40,315 nucleotides of DNA. Origin: Intoshia linei (taxonomy: Eukaryota > Animalia > Orthonectida). Both the position numbers and the translations under genes were made by a program. The stretch is from NCBI GenBank assembly GCA_001642005.1, contig LWCA01000204.1, forward strand, positions 1 to 40,315, given 5' to 3'. Positions 33,659-40,315 of the stretch are shown piece after piece (position 1 is the stretch's first letter; every line of letters begins with the position of its first letter). Under the pieces are notes generated by a model that made no database searches, had not been told where the DNA came from, and saw only the letters and a list, made by a program, of their open reading frames with translations.

Positions 33659-36600
33659 ATGTCTACAATTGATGAGCTGAATAATGAACACAACGAAACA
33701 GTTAAAAAATTAAACGAAACGATTAAAAACTTGACTATAAAAGTTAAAAATTTGGAAAAAGAAGAGAATGTAATAACCAGATCCAAAATTGATAAAATGA
33801 GTGACACTGTTATAGATTCCAACCCATATAGGTATTTTTATAATTATAGTGAAAATGATAGGTATATTTTCTTATTTGTATCTTTTTAATGCTTTTTGAT
33901 TATCTTTAGCTAACCTTTTCATTAGGATAGCCGAGAGGGCTAGGTATCATATGACGGGACCTGATCATTACGGTATATCAGTGTTTCTCAACCTTTTTTA
34001 CTGCGCGGAACCTTTATGAAATTTCAAAAAATCGCAGCACCTAAAAGCATGATCAAATTTTTTTTTCGCATGTCGCATATATAAAACAATTGGATTTTTA
34101 ATTAAAAAATTACGCTTCTAATATTGAAAACAAATTTTTTAATAAAGAAATTTATTTTTCTTTCTCAATGAGAAATTTGGGCCTGATATTTTATACAGAG
34201 GTTTTTAATTATTGGACGAGTTTTTGAGAGACATACACGAAGTTCTTCTTCTACCGACAGTTGCTTTGTCCGTTTCTTATGCTTAATTGCTGTCAATGCA
34301 GAAAATCCAAATTCACAAAAGTAGGATGTTGGATATGGAGGAAAATTGCATTAGAATTTTTAAGGTTTTCTCTGCAATTATGGGATATTCCTTTTCAACT
34401 AATAACCAAAATTCATCAAAATTTAAGTTACCATGTTTCAATTTTAAAGTTTTGTCACTTGAAATACTAGAAAGTTCTCATTTGATAATGAGATGATTTA
34501 ATAATTTTCTTATAACTTTCTAATTAAAAAAAATCTATTTTATTTATACTTGGAAAGCTTCTTCGCCACCAAAATTCACATACTCATAATTTCCCGGAAA
34601 CCCCTAATCATACCATTCTAGAGGTTTGATTATCAGTGGTGGATGCTACTCTTATAAGTAACATCCTAAATTTTTTCAAGTCCTTTTTTTGAAGAGTTAA
34701 TAACGCTCCTTGCCAAGATCCACCATCTTCCCACAAGGAGTAAGGAACACACGGAATTTATCCGGTAAAACCAGTTGCCTCCCTCACACTACAAAGAAGC
34801 ATCCAGGCTCGTGGGAGATAAATTTTTAGTTAAATATCATTATAAAAAGGTAAGTAACTTATTTAAATTATTTCAAGAGAGTAAAAACCCACCTTCTTTA
34901 CAATATTTCTCATAAAGATAATCGTAATTATTATTACTTTAACATCATTTTTTAGGTTCCCATACTCACAACGTATAATACTTTTATTAAAACTTATTTG
35001 ATTTAAATTTGAGAAATGATGTTGTTTCATTGCATTAAATTGAAAAATATCGCATTTATACTTCACGGAACCCCAATTAAATTTAGCGGAACACGGGTTT
35101 AGAACCACTGCGGTATACTATTCTAAGATAATGGATGATGTAGGGAAAATTTGATTTTTTATAAATTTTGGTTTTAACCTTAAATATAGGGCCCTATAAT
35201 TTGAATTTGACCAAGCCACTGTTGAATCTATACGGCCTTTCTTTCATATACAATAATGCCATTTGAAGTGATACATGTATTATATTTTAATTAATTAATA
35301 TTAGCATTGTCCCTGACAAGACATTTAATATAAATTTTATTATTTTTACATTTTAATTTATCTGATTGAACAATTTTGATTAAATCTAAAATAGTGAAAA
35401 AGATTACTTCCAAAGTTATTAAAATTCAAATTTTTCATGTGTTTAAAGGAAGTTAAAGGTGAAAATAACTCTTAAAATTTAAACCCACTTTATACTTATT
35501 GGAAAGTTTTTAGTAAAAATTAAGTATGAATGTATTATGCGTGTCAAATTAATTTTTTCTAAATTTTAACCTTTTAAGTCAACGATATTACTGTATAGTT
35601 AATTTACGACTGCAGTATCCGAGATGATCATTTCGCGTTCGCGCACCCCTTTATTAATTAATAATAGATTTTATTATATATTCAATTAGTAGCTAGCTCT
35701 GCGGAGGGCGACGTTTCCAGATATATATTTTTATTTTTAAATATATCAACATTTTTTATATTAAAACTTAATTATATATCAAATAGTAAAGGGTTTTATG
35801 ACCGTGAAGAATTAATTTTGCAAATTGACATTTTTTCTGTATATTAATATATAAAAATTGTATTAGCTATACTTTCTTCCAAATTATGGGTAATTTGGGG
35901 AAATCTCTTGGAGAAATTGAATTTTTATCCATGAAGCTGCAAATTTCTGACAATAAAATTTGATAATTTTCTACGTCGAAAAAATCTGACTCCTAACTTG
36001 TGTTTTTTAAATTTCTGGAAATATCAGTTGTCTAAATAAATAGTTATAAATAAATAAATAATTGAACTTAAATTAATTTTAGCCGGTTAATGGCATTAAA
36101 AAGAATGGGAATTGTCGAAAATTATGGTGTAATTTTATATATAATTATTAACATGTAAATGCGTTTATTTTCTTTGTAGAAAATTAAAGAATTTTGTATC
36201 ATGATAGTTGGTTTGGGTGGTACTGGTAGTGTGACTGCCGAAATGCTTACTCGCTGTGGAATCGGGAAATTAATTTTGATTGATTATGATACGGTAGAAA
36301 TGGCCAATATGAATAGACTTTTTTATACTCCAAATCAATGCAACATGAAAAAGGTTGATGCTGCAGCAAAAACTTTGACGTATTATTTGTATCTCATACA
36401 TCTAGCATAGTTTTTTAGTATTATTAGAAATTTTTATTGTTTTGGGAATTATATGTTTTGATTAGATCAATCAATCCTGACGTTGAAATACAGGTCTTGG
36501 ATATGAATATTACAACTTGTGAAAATTATGTGATATTGCTGGAGAGTGTAAAGTAATTTTTATTATCAACATGTAATTGAATTAGCATTTGATTTAAAAT

Positions 36601-39593
36601 TGATTCAGATACATGTATGTAGGAACCAAGGGTTGAATGGTAAAAGAGTGGATTTAATTATAAGCTGTGTCGATAATTATGAAGCACGTATGACTATAAA
36701 TCATGTAATTATTCTATATATCATTCCTGTCAATATTGGCTTAATGTTATTAAGTACTAGCTTGACTGTTATGTACTTCGTACAAACAGCATCCTAGCTT
36801 TGCCGAGGGGGACATTTTTATTCTACCAGAAAAATAAATTAATAAGAAACCTTTAACCTAAAAATGCTACTATTCACTATTATAAATAATTTAAAAGAGT
36901 GGTTCCAAACTTGTTACACATGGACTCGTCATATCACATTACCTTATAATTTAATTCCACGTTAAATTTATTTTGTTAATATTTGTGTAAAGAATTTTAA
37001 AAAAAATTGTTATCCCATTTTTTTAATTTCCTGGGGTTGAAATTTTGTATTTATATCAAATGGAATAAGCTCTATCAGAATAATCTTTTTTTAATTGTAG
37101 GTCCATTAATTATTTTAAATTTTTGGTTTTAATAAAATAAAATGCATATTAAAGTACTTTTTTGACCATGAAGGCATCACTTATTCAGATTGAAATTTTT
37201 TATGTGTCTTAACAGAACACAACTGTACCATCTGTAATTTTTTTTAAATTCTAGGGTTGTTTTCATTATACAAAAAAATAGTAATTGTGATAAGTGAAAT
37301 TTAGATGTGCAATGAAATTAATATGAATTGGTTTGAAACTGGAGTAAGTGAAAATGCTGTTTCAGGTTTTTAATTTTGATAAATTACAATTATGTTATTA
37401 TACTATATTATTATTATAAACTCAATGTATATGATAGGTTTATTTTAGGTCACATTCAATTTATTAAACCTGGAGAAACGGCTTGCTACAATGTAATTTT
37501 TTTTAATGTACATTTTTTATTTCTGTTTAGTGTGCCCCTCCATTGATTGTTTCCCTTGGAGAAGACGAAAAAAATTTGAAAAAAGAAGGAGTTTGTAGTG
37601 CTAGTTTACCAACCACAATGGTTTTTTAAATTTTTTATCTAATTCAATATTATAAATGTAGGGTATTGTTGCTGGTCTAGTTGTTCAAAATGTGTTAAAG
37701 TATGATTTATGTATGATAGATTTATTCAACTGATGTACAAAATATTATTTTGGTTAGTCTTTGGAACAGTTTTTCAAACTGAGTTTTTTTATAAAAATAT
37801 CCTAACTTATATAATAAAGTCTCTAACCTGACAATATGTATTATTGATGGTCAATATTTATCAAATGTGCAGTACACATTAGAGCTATTCCATTTTTCTA
37901 GTATAAAAATGACATATATAGAAAATGAGCCCGCTTAATTACTATATTAATATAATCATTATAAACATAGTAATATTATCTTAATAGTATATTATTTTAT
38001 TTCAGATATATAATGGACTTTGGTTATGTTTCAAACTACGTTGGATATAATGCATTACAAGATTTTTTTCCTAAAATGTCGTTATCACCAAATCCAGATT
38101 GTAATGATAGATTCTGTATTAAAGCTCAAAATAAGTATACATTGGTATTTTATTATATATTATTTGATTCATCTACGCGATGACCCATATCTGTCTCGAT
38201 CTGATATGAATTGTACTTTTTAAACTCTGGTTTAAATTTAATTCAACATTAAAAATTTATATTATACAAATAGTCTAACCCAGTGCTTCAACATCTCTTT
38301 AAATTTACGATCCCTACATATTTTCAGGAGTGTATTCATTATTATTAGCCCATTTGCCGTTGCTCGCTGAGAAACAGTGAAAATATAATAACAGATAAAA
38401 CAGTGGGTCGCCTTCTTTTATTCCACCATTTTTGTATTAAAATTTCAATTATCGGCTTTTTCATTCGATCAATTTAATCGCCAAGTTTTTCTAATTGAAA
38501 ATTTTAGCAATTATGTATATATTTTCACAGGTTTTGAGCCAAAATAGGTATATAATGAAAACTCCCATGTCACCAATGATTAATGAATAATTTATGCAAT
38601 ACTTCATGGTAATCAACAGACCGCGGTTTCATTGTGTCATCTATTAATTTTCAAATTATAATTTATTTTAAGTTTTACATAATCATCAAATTTGATGACT
38701 AATTAGTTTGAAATACAATAACATAATATGCAAATTTACTTGATAAAACAAAAAATACCAAGAATGCTTATTTCTAATCATTCTAAATTATTGAAAAGTA
38801 TAAAAAATATTTACACAGTAAATAAATTTAATTATGTGCATTTTCAATTAAACGAACGTCGTATACCAGCGGTTATTTACCTTTTTAAACCAACGCATTC
38901 ATTCCACCATAATTCATAAATTTCTAAATCAGCGCCCCATCGTAAAATGAACTATAATTTTTATACAGTCAATATTAATAGGAAAAAAAGGTAAATGATT
39001 ATATTTATTTCCATGTGATCTTTTATTTTGGTGAGTTATTAGGAATTTTTTTTGAACCAAACTTTAAGGTTATCTTAAAGTTTGGTTCAAAAAAAATCTT
39101 AAAAACCTTTCTTGAAAGTTTGGTATAAAAAAAATTTTCTAAAGACCCCTTGAAAGTATGGTACAAATAAAATCCTAAAAACCCTCCCATAAAGTTTGGT
39201 TCAAAACAAATTTAAAACCCAAAATTAAAATATAAATGAAAATTTTACACATTCTACGACTTGCCTATAGAATGTGTACATATCACAGTTTGACACATTT
39301 TATACGACATACATATTTTTATCTTAAAAATACTTCATTTCATGCAGAAAGTTTTTTTAAAGATGATTTTAGTTAATAAATTCATAATCTTTACTTAGAT
39401 CACTGAAAAACTAAAAAGCGAATTCAAAACCAGTATAAATGATATTATTGAACTTGCCGTATCTACCGAAAATGAATGGGGTATGTAATTTATTTATTAA
39501 CGTGCATTTATAATATTAGGTATTAAACTTGTCGAACATGGAAACTGTAATGATGATAAAATTGATAATTCTACATTTAAATATGGATATTAA
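33659..39593 (+). CDS. UBA5: UFM1-activating enzyme (E1) UBA5
   Basis: Exons 33659-33831, 36083-36128, 36180-36379, 36466-36552, 36623-36704, 37305-37365, 37449-37492, 37531-37620, 37662-37699, 38006-38144, 39399-39480, 39520-39593. Motifs [94 protein letters not shown], catalytic [27 protein letters not shown]. The 3' end could continue outside the window via a donor at 39547. Confidence 0.95.
33979..35110 (-). mobile_element. Buster/Charlie-type hAT element, internally deleted, in UBA5 intron 1
   Basis: TIRs CAGTGTTTCT / AGAACCACTG, TSD cggtatat/cggtatac, subterminal GCGGAACC motifs. Confidence 0.85.
34165..34500 (-). pseudogene. hAT (Buster/Charlie-like) transposase C-terminal remnant with frameshifts
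   Basis: Minus-strand translation [25 protein letters not shown] / [45 protein letters not shown] / QAQISH*, the typical Buster-family C-terminus. Confidence 0.85.
37025..37285. repeat. Dispersed repeat family A fragment
   Basis: GGGGTTGAAATTTTGTATTTATATCAAAT...TTTTGACCATGAAGGC...AACTGTACCATCTGTAATTTTTTT..AAATTCTAGGGTTG shared with the other copies. Confidence 0.8.
39045..39225. repeat. Perfect 24-bp hairpin followed by about four tandem ~38-bp units
   Basis: 39045-39068 and 39074-39097 are exact reverse complements with a 5-nt loop; the unit AAAGT(T/A)TGGT...AAAA...CC recurs near 39077, 39115, 39153 and 39191. Confidence 0.8.
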
Positions 39594-39699
39594 TTTATTT
39601 ATTTTATTAAAAATTTAATTTTTTGTTAAAAAGCTTACATGTTGCATGTTACATTGTAGGATCAATATTTACATTTTCAATTTTTGATTTTAATCGAAA

Positions 39700-40110
39700 T
39701 ATTTGAAAAATATTGGTTGAATATTTTAAAAATTATTTTGCACCGGGAATACGTAGATTTCTTGGGTTAAAATATTTATATCAACTGGAATAAGCTCTAT
39801 CAGAATAATTATTTTGTTTAATTTTCGGACCGTTAATTATTTTACAATTTTTGTTGTAATAAAATATTTTGGAAAAAAAATATATAATTATTAAAATGTT
39901 TTTTTGACCGTGAAGTTGTCACTTATTCGGATTGAAATTTTAAGTGTGTGTTAACAGGATACAACTGTACAACCGTTAAATTTTTTAAAATTTTAGGGCT
40001 GTTTTCACTAAAAAAAGAAAAATAATTAGTAGTTTTAGCCCTGAAGATATAATTTTTTTAAATATAAATTTTAGATAATGTTCATGATTTTAAAATTCAC
40101 ATCAGCGTAT
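39700..40110. repeat. Dispersed repeat family A fragment
   Basis: CACCGGGAATACGTAGATT...GGAATAAGCTCTATCAGAATAAT...TTTTGACCGTGAAG...AACTGTAC shared with the other copies. Confidence 0.8.
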
Positions 40111-40315
40111 ATATTTTTTTAAATTCTCCAACTCGTTTAAAGCCGAAAAACTTTTAAAAAAGTCAGAGCAGTTTCTATTACAAGACAGACACCATCTGAC
40201 TCTATCGGTTCTTATTTGACAGTTTATTCATTGAATGGGTGGTCTCTGTTTTTTAAGGTATTAAATCCTGTCGTCTAATTAGCAAATATTTTATTTTCAC
40301 CCTTGCGTAAACTTT

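Noticed and set aside
39075-39225. Regularly spaced repeats superficially like a CRISPR array
   Set aside because: Eukaryotic intron, whole units are degenerate copies without unique spacers, and there are no cas genes

Overview
Very AT-rich animal genomic DNA with GT-AG introns, many only 34-50 nt. Five spliced protein-coding genes were reconstructed by hand: (1) a 23-exon gene (1303-20704, +, about 2,640 aa) of the Vps39/TGFBRAP1 (Vps3, CORVET/HOPS) family that carries four tandem CNH-like beta-propeller repeats and a long low-complexity linker, instead of the usual single propeller; (2) RNASEK / V-ATPase subunit f (-); (3) a SMURF-type C2-WW-WW-HECT E3 ligase (+); (4) tubulin polyglutamylase TTLL9 (-); (5) the UFM1-activating E1 enzyme UBA5 (+), which may lack its C-terminal UFC1-binding helix. 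Most long introns hold non-autonomous DNA transposons: hAT MITEs with 8-bp TSDs (several nested, two with transposase remnants), Helitron-like repeats, and a minisatellite/hairpin; a Tc1 IR/DR-like end lies upstream of the first gene. Minimal introns, low GC and divergent proteins fit a compact-genome invertebrate such as an orthonectid, but the organism is an inference. Gene models and family calls come from reading the sequence and remembered motifs; no database search was run.
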